Part shown: piece after piece, positions 12,940-25,031 of the stretch
Position numbering within the stretch: the first letter of the stretch is position 1
Layout: the number at the start of each line of letters is the position of its first letter
Assembly: GCF_006345805.1 (NCBI RefSeq)
Contig: NC_043017.1
Span: 11,532,001 to 11,596,000 of the forward strand
Length of the DNA: 64,000 nt
Origin: Octopus sinensis
Lineage: Eukaryota
Direction of reading: 5' to 3'
Made by a program: the position numbers and the translations under genes
The notes under the pieces: model-generated
What the model was told of the DNA's origin: nothing
Databases searched by the model: none
What the model saw: only the letters and a program-made list of their open reading frames with translations

Positions 12940-13690
12940 CATCATCACCATTGTCATCACCATCATCATCACCACCACTGTCATCATTGCTGTTCTTGCC
13001 ACCACCAACATCATTACACCATCATCCTCATCATCACTATTACCACCACACCATCATTGTTGTTTTCACCACCACCACCACTACCTTCACAATCATCGTT
13101 GTAATCATTGCCAACACTACCGCCACCACCACCACCACCAATATTATCGTCCTCATCTTATCATTGCCACCACCACCACCACCATCATCATCTTCACAAC
13201 CGTTTCCACCCACTACCATTAATTCTATTAATTATCATCATTTCACACCCACTTTTCCATGTTTGCGAGGATCAGGCAGAATTCCAGGATTTGGGTCTTC
13301 TACAGCTGGGTGCCCTTCCTGTCACCAACCTCCACCTGTCTCTCCCCAACCAAGGTTATATCTTCCCAAAAATCTATCGCACACCCAACAGTCCAGGCAT
13401 GTTCTCATAAAGAACTGCAAACACATATCAAGATATACTGATGATGATGATGATGATGATGGCTGTGGTGGGGGTGAGGGTGGTGCTGGTGATGATGATA
13501 ATGACAGTAGCAGTGGTGGTTATTATGATGGTGATGGTAAGGATGATGATGACAACGATGATGACTATGATGATGATGACAGTGGTGGTGGTGGTGGTGA
13601 TGATGATTATGAGCAGGAGAAGGAAGAGGAGAAGGAGGATAATGACAATGATGATGATGATGATGGTGGTGATGACGATGATAAACCAAA
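12940..13690. repeat. (CAT/CAC)n and (GAT/GGT)n trinucleotide tracts
   Basis: Direct reading; source of the His/Asp-rich pseudo-ORFs. Confidence 0.9.
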
Positions 13691-14042
13691 CAAAGGTTCA
13701 TCATTCCAGTGAACTTTAAATTTCACTTAGATAGAGTTGATAAGAATTGCTTCCTTTTTATGCCAAATTGGGACAAAAAAATGGATGGCTTTGAACCATT
13801 TGAGTGACCTGTAAATATTAAAAGCTTTTCACAAAGAAAAAAACAAAACGATAATTAAACTCTATTCTTTATTTCATTCTTTTATGAATTGGAAACATTT
13901 TGACAGGGTGAGACCTCAAACTTGTTTAAACTTTATAATTTACCTTTAAATTTAGATGCCGCTACTATGTATGGATATATGTGTATATATGCATGCGCGC
14001 GCATGTGTGTATATACACTTACATATACATTTATATATATAT

Positions 14043-14436
14043 AGGCGCAGGAGTGGCTGTGTGGTAAGTAGCTTGCTAACCAACTACATGGTCCAGGTTC
14101 AATCCCACTGCGTGGCATCTTGGGCAAATGTCTTCTGCTATAGCCTCGGGCCGACCAATGCCTTGTGAGTGGATTTGGTAGACGGAAACTGAAAGAAGCC
14201 TGTCGTATATATGTATATATATATATATGTGTATGTGTTTGTGTGTCTGTGTTTGTCCCTCTAGCATTGCTTGACAACCGATGCTGGTGTGTTTACGTCC
14301 CCGTCACTTAGCGGTTCGGCAAAAGAGACCGATAGAATAAGTACTGGGCTTACAAAGAATAAGTCCTGGGATCGATTTGCTCGACTAAAGGCGGTGCTCC
14401 AGCATGGCCGCAGTCAAATGACTGAAACAAGTAAAA
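14043..14436 (+). mobile_element. SINE family A
   Basis: Collinear with 1314-1720. Confidence 0.85.
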
Positions 14437-14656
14437 AAAAAAAATATACATATACACACACACACACATATATATACATGTATATATGTGTGTATATATA
14501 TATATACACGTGTGTGGTTTTAGCTGCGTGGTTACTTCATTTCAACAAAATTTTGTAAATGATGATGATGTATGTATGTATTTATGTTTGTATGTGTGTG
14601 TATGTATATATATATATACATGCATGCATGCATATATATGTACATACACAAACATA

Positions 14657-14830
14657 CTAGACACAGAACTCTGGCTAGAAACTGAGAATAATAAAACCCA
14701 AATCCTTCATTTGTACTATGCCAAACCTATGGCCTCCAAATACTTGATCCACCAGAACTCAGCTATCGCGGACAATGCCAAATTCAATACTTTGATGGCA
14801 AACCTTGTCAGAATAATGCGAAATGTGTCC
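14657..14830 (+). mobile_element. Penelope-like element reverse transcriptase fragment (LD...Y.KP thumb region)
   Basis: LDTELWLETENNKTQILHLYYAKPMASKYLIHQNSA...KFNTLMANLVRIMRNVS fits the PLE RT C-terminal pattern; embedded between TA/TG tracts. Confidence 0.65.
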
Positions 14831-15041
14831 TGCATGTGTGAGCCTACAAAGTTAAAGAGACACATACATATATATATATATATTTATTTATATATGCATG
14901 TATATATACATGTAGATGTAGGTATGTACATATATGTTTGTATGTATGCATATATTTTTATTTATTACATTATTGTCTGACAGCGCCTCGCGTCGGGTTC
15001 ATTTCGATTCATCGGTTCGTTCCACTTCTTGTCTCCATTTA

Positions 15042-15084
<43 letters not shown>

Positions 15085-15332
15085 TGTATGTTTGTGTATG
15101 TACATATATATGCATGCATGTATGTAGTCATGTGTGTACACACACCCATGTATATTCACACACACATAATCTATAGATAAGACTGTGTATCCTCCTCCTT
15201 GTCATCATTCAATGACCATTGCTAGCATGAGTTGGAGGGTTTAACTGTGCCTAGTGATCCACAGGGCTGTGCAGGGCTCCAACCGTAGCTTTTGGCATGG
15301 TTTCTACAGCTGAATGACCTTCCTAGTACCAA

Positions 15333-15562
15333 TTTCTTTACTACCCACAAGGGGCTAAACACAGAGAGGACAAACAAGGACAGACACACGGATTAAGTCG
15401 ATTATATCGACCCCAGTGCGTAACTGGTACTTATTTAATCGACCCCGAAAGGATGAAAGGCAAAGTCAACCTCAGCGGAATTTGAACTCAGAATGTAACG
15501 GCAGACGAAATACGGCTACGCATTTCGCCTGGCGTGCTAACGTTTCTGCCAGCTCGCCGCCT
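15333..15562 (-). mobile_element. SINE family B inserted in an RTE tail remnant
   Basis: TSD-like ga(c/t)cttcctagtaccaa on both sides. Confidence 0.8.
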
Positions 15563-16329
15563 TATGATCTTCCTAGTACCAACCACTTTACAGGGTGTGC
15601 TGGGTGCTTTTTACGTGACATCAGCACTCCTGAGGTTACCATGTGACTTACAAGACAAGGAAGGAGAAGATAAAGGGAAAAGGCCCTCTTGGCTAAGCTG
15701 GGGGAATATTTTAGAGGGCACAGAGGTGGCTTTATGCTGGGGACAAATAGAGGTGCTTCACTACAGGGAAGATACATGATGATGCCACATTGTATAAGGA
15801 TGGGTGAGAAATCATCGTTAGCATCACCATCATCATCACTTCAACATCAAAAATGTACCCAGTACTCTGTAAAATTATTGGTTGGTAGAAATGGCATCAG
15901 CAGCAGCAGCAGCCATGCCGAATACCATGCATGAACACCAATCTGTTGGGAGCAGTTGGTGCCAATAAGAATTGGCTCTGACCAGGACAGCCTGTCTACT
16001 CCATGCCAGCAGGATGATGACAATTGTAATGATGGTGATGATGATGATGAGGAGGAGGAAGAAGTGGATGATTTTGATGGTAAATGTGATGATGATGATA
16101 ATGAAAATGCTGATGATAATGATTACAAAGATGACAATCATGATGATAATGATGTTGGTGGTGATGATGATGGTGATAATGATGTGGATGGTGCCAATGT
16201 CAACTGCTGTTAATAGTGACAACGATGATAACAACAGTGACATATTCAAGACGTTCGAGTGTTCTTGTGTCAAACACGAATAATTAGCAACATCGTTAAG
16301 AAAATAACCACACATTAGCATTCTTTCTA

Positions 16330-16494
16330 TCTGTTGATATATTTACACACACACACACAGACATGTCGGTATGAATGTACATATATATATATATATATTG
16401 GCATTCTGGTTTCTGTCATTATGTATGTATGTATGTATGTGTGTGTGTGTATATATAGATATATGTGTATATATATATATATATATAGGCATAT

Positions 16495-16535
<41 letters not shown>

Positions 16536-16758
16536 GCCTATATATATATATGCCCTTATATATATATACACACACACACATATATATATAAACATATGCC
16601 TATATATATATATGCCCTATATATATATATATTATATATATATATACATACACACACACACACACATATAATATACACACACACACACATATATATATAT
16701 ACACACCACACACATATATATACACACACACACACACATAATATATATACACACACAC

Positions 16759-16791
<33 letters not shown>

Positions 16792-16890
16792 TATATATAT
16801 ATACACACACACATATATATATATACACACACACATACACATATATATATAAATGTACACACATACACATATATATAAATGTACATATGT
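16330..16890. repeat. (TA)n/(CA)n/(TG)n compound microsatellite
   Basis: Direct reading. Confidence 0.95.
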
Positions 16891-17424
16891 ATGTGAACTG
16901 ATGAATTACAAATACGATGTCACCCAGAAAGAAGACAAAGGAATGGTTTGTTTGTTATCCTGGTATGAATAACATAAGTACTTGTGACTGGATGTTCACT
17001 TGTTAGGTTCGTGTGAATACATGCTTATGTATGTACAGACATACATGCACACGCTTGTATGTGTTTGTGTGTGTAACTCTACCATAGCTGGTTCCAAGCC
17101 CAGTTGAGAAAAGTGGAGGGTGGTAAGCATCGGGTTAGCCACACTGTCAAATTTTCTACATTGCAACTGAAATGCCAACAAAGGAACACAGACCTCCTGT
17201 TGTTGTTGTTCCCTGCTCCACATGGAGTTAAAGGATTCACTTTTTAATTAGTTCATTCTTATGCAAGGTAATATTCTGCATGATCAGATCTGCTTTCACG
17301 GAGGGACACTTGAAAATGAAGGACACTGCTTGTATGACAGAGACATTCATTTACCATATCACATGATGGCAAAGAGACAGTAACATACACACACACACAC
17401 TGTAACCACATGTGGACTATTGGT

Positions 17425-17647
17425 GATCTGGCAGAACCGTTAGCACGTTGGGTGAAATGCGTAGCCGTATTTCATCTGCTGTTACGTTCTGAGTTCAAGT
17501 TCCGCCGAGGTCGACTTTGCCTTTCATCCTTTCGGGGTCGATAAATTAAGTACCAGTTAAGCACTGGGGGTCGATGTAATCGACTTAATCCATGTCTGTC
17601 CTTGTTTGTCCCCTCTATGTTTAGCCTCTTGTGGGCAATAAAGAAAC
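17425..17647 (+). mobile_element. SINE family B
   Basis: Collinear with the other family B copies. Confidence 0.8.
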
Positions 17648-18506
17648 ATATTCGTGATTTGTTTTCCCCTCCTTGTTCCTTTTTCCCTTTGGACTTGCCT
17701 GTTTTCCCTGTTTATGAAGAAGAGCTATGCTCAAAAATGTAAAACAACTACTCTTTTTCTTCTCCGAGTGTCATATTAATACTTTGCTTATGCTACGTCC
17801 TTACGTTTTTTTTTTCTTTTTCTCTTATTCCTGTTTTTGTTCTCTGTTTTTTGAATTAATTATATATATATATTGCTTGGTGAGACACAGTATGTTACAT
17901 AAATCTGCCTAAATTCAGTGTCACTAAATTAAGAAACTGTTAGTAGTGCTTATTTTATGTTACTGGGTACATTAAATGGTATTAATATGTGTGCATGAAG
18001 GTGCATGGCTCAGTGGTTAGAGCATCAGGCTTACAAAGTAGTGAATTCAATTCCTAGACTGGGCTGTGTGTTGTGTTCTTGAGCAAGGCACTTTACTTCA
18101 TGTTGCTCCAGTTCACTCAGCTGCAGAAATGAGTTGTAAAATCACTGGTGTCAAGTTATTTTGGCCTTTTCCTTTCCCTTGGATGACATCAGTGGCATGG
18201 AGAAGAGGGACTGGTATGAATAGGCGACTGCTGGTCTTCCATAAGCAACTTTGCCCAGCCTTGTACCTCAGAGGGTAACATTCTAGGTACAATCACATGC
18301 TCATTTACGACTGAAGGGGGTCTTTACCCTATATATATATATATGTGTGTGTGATTCAGCTCTCATGCAACTTCATGGGCCCCTTACAAAAGCCTGTCTC
18401 TTTCAGGCTTAGATTTATTTACACACACACATATGTATATATATATATATATTAAGTGTAGAAAGAAATGGAGCTGAACGAAGATTTAACAAAATTCCTT
18501 TTTATT

Positions 18507-18592
18507 ATTTTCTACATATGTTTCGAAGGCTGCAAAGTCCCTAATTCGGATTGAATAAGGAGTCCATTTTGCAGCCTTCTCTTCAGGAAAAT
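18507..18592 (-). ncRNA. Type I hammerhead ribozyme motif with intact core, Penelope-associated
   Basis: AUUUUC-CUGAAGA-GAAGGCUGCAAA[...]UUUGCAGCCUUC-GAAA-CAUAU-GUA/GAAAAU: 6-bp helix I, perfect 12-bp helix II, palindromic ACAUAUGU helix III, GUA cleavage triplet. Confidence 0.85.
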
Positions 18593-18798
18593 CCAGGAAC
18601 TTAATTCTCCAACAAAATGCACAGCATATATATATACACACTCACACACACATGTCTGTATAAGATGAGTTTAAAGAGTTAAATTAATCAGGTAGTTACT
18701 GTGGTAGTTCTCAGGTATATTCCAGGTTTTTGACTGTTCTTTCTAGTATGTTAGGCAACTTGTTAAGGCTTGCCTCTTTTGTGTTTAAATATATATAC

Positions 18799-18851
<53 letters not shown>

Positions 18852-19045
18852 TAGATGAGTGTATTTTTACCTTGTTAACAATTAACACGGAAAAATAAAT
18901 AAATAGTTACCAGGGCAGCAAAAATCTCACAAGTAAAGGTGTTGTAACTCCTTGTTTATAAAGGTAGAAACTTCGTGTTTACGTTGAATATTTTGAATAA
19001 TATGAATAAAAAATGGAGTTAACGCAGGTGTAAACAAATATTTTT

Positions 19046-19131
19046 ACTTTCGACACATGTTTCGAAAATTCCACTGATACTATTCAAAAGAATAAATGGT
19101 ATAAACAATGCAATCTTCTCTTCGGGAAAGT
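19046..19131 (-). ncRNA. Type I hammerhead motif with U4C core substitution (CCGAAGA)
   Basis: ACUUUC/GAAAGU 6-bp helix I, imperfect long helix II, GAAA-CAUGU-GUC triplet. Confidence 0.7.
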
Positions 19132-19327
19132 GAAAAAAACGAAACTCGTCAATACGACATTTTAGCAAAAAATGATGGATTTGTATTGCGATAGACAGAA
19201 CGCTATTAATATTGTTTAAAATAACGTTATATGAATAGTATCAGTGAAACATGTGTCGAAAGTAAAAATATTTGTTTACACCTGCGTTAACTCCATTTTT
19301 TATTCATTCTATATATATATATATATA

Positions 19328-19568
19328 TTGGGTTGGCAACTAAGTTCTTGCCGTTTTTTTAAATTTTGGAATTTATATATAAATATATATAAATTTATTT
19401 ATATTGAGAATTCTATTTTTGAATCATTTTTTAATCTATTTTGTTTTTTTTTCTCTAGTTAATTTTAGTTAATTTTTGTTTATTTTTGGATCATAAAAAT
19501 GGAATGTCAAGAAAAACAAGCATTTTCAACACCTTTTTTTTTGCTTTTAATCAAGGTTCTAAGGCTGC
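19328..19568 (+). mobile_element. Mariner 5' end fragment (TIR plus transposase start)
   Basis: TA|ttgggttggcaactaagt terminus typical of mariner, then a decayed MECQ...FNQGSKAA-like start. Confidence 0.6.
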
Positions 19569-20589
19569 ATACATATATGCTAACCAAGTTGTTTAAATGG
19601 GGATGCTGACCAATGTGTCCCTCTTTGCTTACAGAGTACTTTGTAATTTGAGGGATGTTTGACTGCTGTTTCTAGCATCTGTGGATGAAGTAGGGATTGT
19701 GTGAAGCAATATAAAAGGGTTAAAAAAAAAAGGGTGTCAGCTTTGAAAATGTCCAGCAGTGTTCCTCCTCGACCACCCCTTCCCAATGAAAATAAGATTC
19801 ACTGTGGGAAAGAATCACAACCAGCTCCTGTTCAGAATCTTCTGCAATCCAATTAGAGAGAGAGAGAGAAAGAGGGAGAGCGAATCGTAACAACAACCAT
19901 GACAATAACAACAATGAACACAACAGTGCTGACGATACAAAATGGAAAGTGAAATAAAGAGCTCCACCACTACCACCACCACCACCACTGTCATTGCCAC
20001 CATTACCATCATCACCACCACTGTCATCATTATCAAAGCCATCAACATCACTACCATTGCCACCCTCACTGCCACCCCCACCACTGCCAGTTGTCTAGTT
20101 TTATATAAGACTAAAAGAAATGAAGAAAGAAAGAAAGAAAGAAGCAAGGAAAACTAAGCAGGAAGCAAAGTCAGGAAGAGAAAAGGAAGGAGATAAAGAA
20201 GAAATGGTAGTAAAATAAAGAATTTTAAAATTAAAAAAAAATAGAAGAGAATAGAATGCCAAAAAAAATAACGGTAAAACAAAAGGTATCAAAAAATTCA
20301 AGAATAATACAAAAAAACCCCCCATATTGTTGGGTTTGCAGTTGTTGATGTTGTCGTTGCTGTCGCTGCCACTTTTTGTTGTTAAAAGATATCATCTGCA
20401 GTTTTTTACTTTCATGAAAGGATTTTTACCCTGAAATATCGAAATATTTAGTAAAAATTTTAGTTGGTCTTCTTTCTTTAAGTTTTGTTTTTATTAATGT
20501 TATGTGTTGTATCTGTTGCTTAAAAACTATCTTTACAACTCTATCTCACAATACTCAATACTTCATTCAAACTACATTACTTATATATA

Positions 20590-21059
20590 TATATATATAC
20601 ATATATACAAATTGAGATAGGGGTTGTAAATGCAACCCTCCATGGGATAACATATATCCAATATACTGCTAGTGAAGTACCCAACAAAGTTAATACATAA
20701 ATGTTAAGGATTGCGATGCAATCAATTCATTTACTGTATTATATGGGCAAAGGTAAAATGACTTACCACAAATTACTAATACAAGATAAGAAAATGGAGA
20801 AATACATCTAAATCAAATATCAATTACCAGATAATACTCAATCACATACTTTATTAAACCACCACATAAGAGACTGTAGGGTTAAATATAAAAAGCAGAA
20901 CAAATTTTATGTACATTCCTTTATGTACACTGATTTGTTCTGCTTTTTTATATTTAACCCTACAGTCTCTTATGTGGTGGTTTAATAATGTATGTGATTG
21001 AGTATTATCTGGTAATTGATATTTGATTTAGATGTATTTCTCCATTTTCTTATTTTGTA
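20590..21059. mobile_element. Same family as 2164-2800, with a fold-back inverted duplication
   Basis: Arms 20780-20905 and 20933-21059; the rest aligns with the reverse complement of 2620-2795. Confidence 0.6.
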
Positions 21060-21095
21060 TATATATATATACATATCTATCTGTCTATCCATCTA

Positions 21096-21460
21096 TCATC
21101 ATCATCATCATGGTTTAACGTCCGCTTTCCATGCTAGCATGGGTTGGGCGATTTTGACTGAGGTCTGGCGAACCAGATGGCTGCACCAGGCTCCAATCTT
21201 GATCTGGCAGAGTTTCTACAGCTGGATACCCTTCCTAACACCAACCACTCCGAGAGTGTAGTGGATGCTTTTTACGTGCCACCAGCACGGGGCCAGTCAG
21301 GCGATACTGGCAACGACCTCGCTCGAATCTTTTTACACATGCCACCGGCACAGGTGCCAGTAAGGTGACGCTGGTAACGATCATGCTCGAATGGTGCCTT
21401 TTACGTGCCACCGACACGGAAGCCAGTTAGCTGCTCTGGCAAGGATCACGCTCAGATGGT
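21096..21460 (-). mobile_element. RTE 3' tail copy
   Basis: Same diagnostic tail motifs. Confidence 0.8.
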
Positions 21461-21486
21461 TCTCTTGGCATCTATCTATCTATTTA

Positions 21487-21518
<32 letters not shown>

Positions 21519-21605
21519 TCTATATATATATATATATTATATATATATATATATATATATGCATAAATGCATATACATGTCTTTTCCATGTATATGCATA
21601 TGCAT

Positions 21606-22712
21606 GTCTTTGCCAAGTTTGTCCCCTGCTTGCTGACCACTGAGCAGAAAGAACACTGCATTGAAGTCTTTCAAGATGACCATCAGCGTACCACTGATGA
21701 CCCATCCTTCATGTCAAGGATAATCACCAGTGATGAGAGTTGGGTCTATGGGTACGACCCTGAGACGAAGCAGCAGTTGTCACAATGGAAGAGGCCTTCA
21801 TCTCCACAGACAAAGAAAGCACGACAGATCTGCAGCTCAATCGAGAGCATGCTCATTGCTTTTTTTCTTTTTGAGATCAGCAGTATTATGCATTGAGAAT
21901 TCCCCCCCCCCCCCAGGGCCAGACTGTCAACCAAGAGTTCTACTGCAACATTTTCAAGTGTTTGAGAGAAGACAGTTGGTGAAAGCAACCAGTAGGCGTA
22001 GGAGTGGCTGTGTGGTAAGTAGCTTGCTTACCAACCACATAGTTCCGGGTTCAGTCCCACTGCGTGGCACCTTGGGCAAGTGTCTTCTACTATAGCCTCG
22101 GGCCGACCAAAGCCCTGTGAGTGGATTTGGTAGACGGAAACTGAAAGAAGCCCATCGTATATGTATATATATATATGCGTGTGTGTGTTTGTGTGTCTGT
22201 GTTTGTCCCCTTAGCATTGCTTGACAACAGATGCTGGTGTGTTTATGTCCCCATTACTTAGCGGTTCGGCAAAAGAGACCGATAGAATAAGTACTGGGCT
22301 TACAAAAGAATAAGTCCCGGGGTCGAGTTGCTCGATTAAAGGCAGTGCTCCAGCATGGCCGTAGTCAAATGACTGAAACAAGTAAAAGAGAAAGAGAGAG
22401 AAAGAGAGATCTATGGAGCACAACAAAATGGATTCTTCGCAACCACAACGCACCCTCCTCACTCACGAGCGTCTCACCAAAAACAACAGGGTATCACTTT
22501 TGAACCTACCTTATTTGCCAGATTTCGCACCTTTGGACTTCTATCTCTTCCTCCAAGATGAAAAGGCAGCCCAAAGGTCATCATTTTAACACCGTTGTCG
22601 AGATCAAGAATGAACCACAGATGGTCCTTTATTCACAAAAAATGACTTTCAGGTGTGATTCTAAAAGTGGCAGGAATGCTGGGACCAGTGTATTGCTGTG
22701 CAAGGTGACTAT
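21606..22712 (+). mobile_element. Mariner (DD34D-type) transposase remnant interrupted by a SINE
   Basis: AKFVPCLLT, IITSDESWVYGYDPETKQQ, GQTVNQEFY, PYLPDFAPLDFYLF motifs with frameshifts. Confidence 0.85.
21994..22408 (+). mobile_element. SINE family A inserted into a mariner remnant
   Basis: Collinear with the other copies; transposase-like sequence continues on both sides. Confidence 0.85.
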
Positions 22713-22754
22713 TGTTGGGTTTACATGGACTTTGGGAAGAGATGTTGAATCTGG

Positions 22755-23080
22755 TCGAAACAAATAAGGTCTTCCATTGTTCACATCATCCATCCAGGGC
22801 TTAATAACTGTCTCTGATACCCCAATGTATCCAACAGCTTTAATTCAAAGAAAGATGTGAGGCAGCATGACCTTCATTACTCACCACTCCTAAAACCATC
22901 ACAATTGCTGGAAATTTAGTGTGTATCATTCTAGCAACAGCAGAAGCATCTGCACAGGACTTTCTGCCATTTCTCCTGGGAGACTTTTGGACCTGTTCAG
23001 AGTTTCTCACACCAGAGGCAAACCAAAGCGTGCCATATTCATGAGAATCTTTAACCTTGTTAAGTAACGGTCTTGGCACT
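22755..23080 (-). mobile_element. maT (DD37D-type) transposase remnant
   Basis: HTKFPAIVMVLGVVSNEGH motif; the first catalytic motif has decayed to FASGVRNS. Confidence 0.7.
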
Positions 23081-23207
23081 GACCAAACTGTTTTCTCATG
23101 TCTTTGCAGTCATGAATTGGTTTCTCAGTACATACAAATTGTGTCAAATGTTCTGGTCTGCTAGTCTACTTTGACACCTGAAGTTTTTGGGTGATCTGAC
23201 ACACACA

Positions 23208-23262
<55 letters not shown>

Positions 23263-23529
23263 GTATGTTTATATGTATATACATACATATATATATTTAT
23301 GTATGTTTGTGTGTGTGAATTTAAGTCACAAAGCATTGGTCATCCTGGTCTCTATTTATCAAATGGCTAAGTCCCCCTTGACACACTTTCTCTCTTCCCC
23401 TCCCTGCCTGTCTGTATCTCTCTCTCTCCCTCTTTATCTCTGTCTCCTGCTCTCATTATCTGTGAGGCACCATTAGTTCTATCTGATACATCTAACCATT
23501 CACCAGTTTCCGTAGTTCCTAAGTAGCAA

Positions 23530-24105
23530 CAAAAAGTATGACTAGTACCCTCAGCATCACCATCACCGCTACAACCACCACCACCACTACCACCACCACC
23601 ACCACTGTTGCTATCACCATTATTATCAACAGCAGCACTACTGCTATCACCAACAACAACAACACCAACATTACCAATGTCACTGATAGCATAAACTCCA
23701 CTATCACTGTCCAAGCCACCCATGACTGCCACACCTTAAAAGCTACACTACTGCTACAACACCAACAATATCTACACCACCACCACCAGCAACTAAACTT
23801 TCTCAACTACAACACAACTCTATTCTACAGGGACCTTCACCCACCACCACCACAACTTTCACCTCTTCCACCACCACCACTACCTTCATCTCCACCACAA
23901 CCACCATCATCACCACCACCTTTACCTTTGCCTCCACCACACTTAATCTATCACTGAATGTTCCAGACTCAAACACTTTAAAAACTGACAATGTAGTGGT
24001 GGTGGTGGCGGCAGTGGTGGTGGTGGTTGCGGCAGTGGTGGTGGCAGTGGCAGTGATGGTGGTGGTGGCAGTGATAGTGGTGGTGGTAGTCTTGGTGATG
24101 GTGTG
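23530..24105. repeat. (ACC/AAC)n tract followed by a (GGT)n tract
   Basis: Direct reading. Confidence 0.9.
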
Positions 24106-24847
24106 TGTCCAATATCTTATCTGTCTAAACTGGATATATATATATATATATATATATATCTTCAAAAAAAAACACACCAAGAGAAAGAGAGAGAGGGAGT
24201 TAATGTGGGACTGTTTACCTCTTACATTCTGGGTTCATGCCCTGCCCACAGCAGCTGTTATTTTACATCATCACGTTTATTTCTATTTGTTTATCTCTCA
24301 TTCCCTTTTTTCTTTGTACACTTCTGTCTGTCTGTCTGTCTCTCTCTTTTATCTCTTTTACTTGTTTCAGTCATCCCACTGTGGGCATGGTGGAGCACTG
24401 CCTTGATGGATTCAATTGGACAAATAGATCCCAGTACTTTATTCTCTAAAAATCCTTTACCTGTTTTATTGGTCTTACAGAACCACTAATCAAAACTGGT
24501 TGTCAAGCAGTAACGGAGGGGGGAGGGGTCAAACACAAAAACAAAAACACCCACACATACACACATATATATACATATGTATACACACACACACACACAC
24601 ACAAAACAATGATTTGCATATTCATAGTATGTCCTGAGAGATTCAAGCACAGATATGCTAGTTGCTGTTGTTTATGTCACAGAACAACAACTTTTTGCAA
24701 TGACAATGTGTTTAGAACACAGTTGATGAGATGCAACATGTTGAATCACTAAACTTCAAGAATAGGGAAATATTACTTGGAAACAGATGAAGGGTTGGTG
24801 ATAGGAAGAGCATCCGGCCAGAGAATCTATACTTGTCTCAACAAATT

Positions 24848-25031
24848 ACTCACCACTCCTAAAACCATCACAATTGTTGGAAACTTAGTGTGTATCATTC
24901 TAGCAACAACAGAAGCATCTGCCCTGGACTTTCTGTCATTTCTCCTGGGAGACTTTTGGACCTGGTCAGAGTTTCTCACACCAGAGGCAACCAAAGCGTG
25001 CCATGTTCCTGAGAATCCTCAACCTTGATAA
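24848..25031 (-). mobile_element. maT transposase remnant, near-duplicate of 22881-23062
   Basis: Collinear, with the same decayed catalytic motif. Confidence 0.7.

Noticed and set aside
12951-13712. 253-aa Pro/His/Asp-rich ORF
   Set aside because: Made of trinucleotide tracts and an RTE tail remnant; no domain.
13730-19670. Candidate minus-strand exons near 19580-19670, 17090-17170 and 13730-13810
   Set aside because: Weak donors, ambiguous frames and no recognisable product; plausible acceptors are common in such AT-rich introns.
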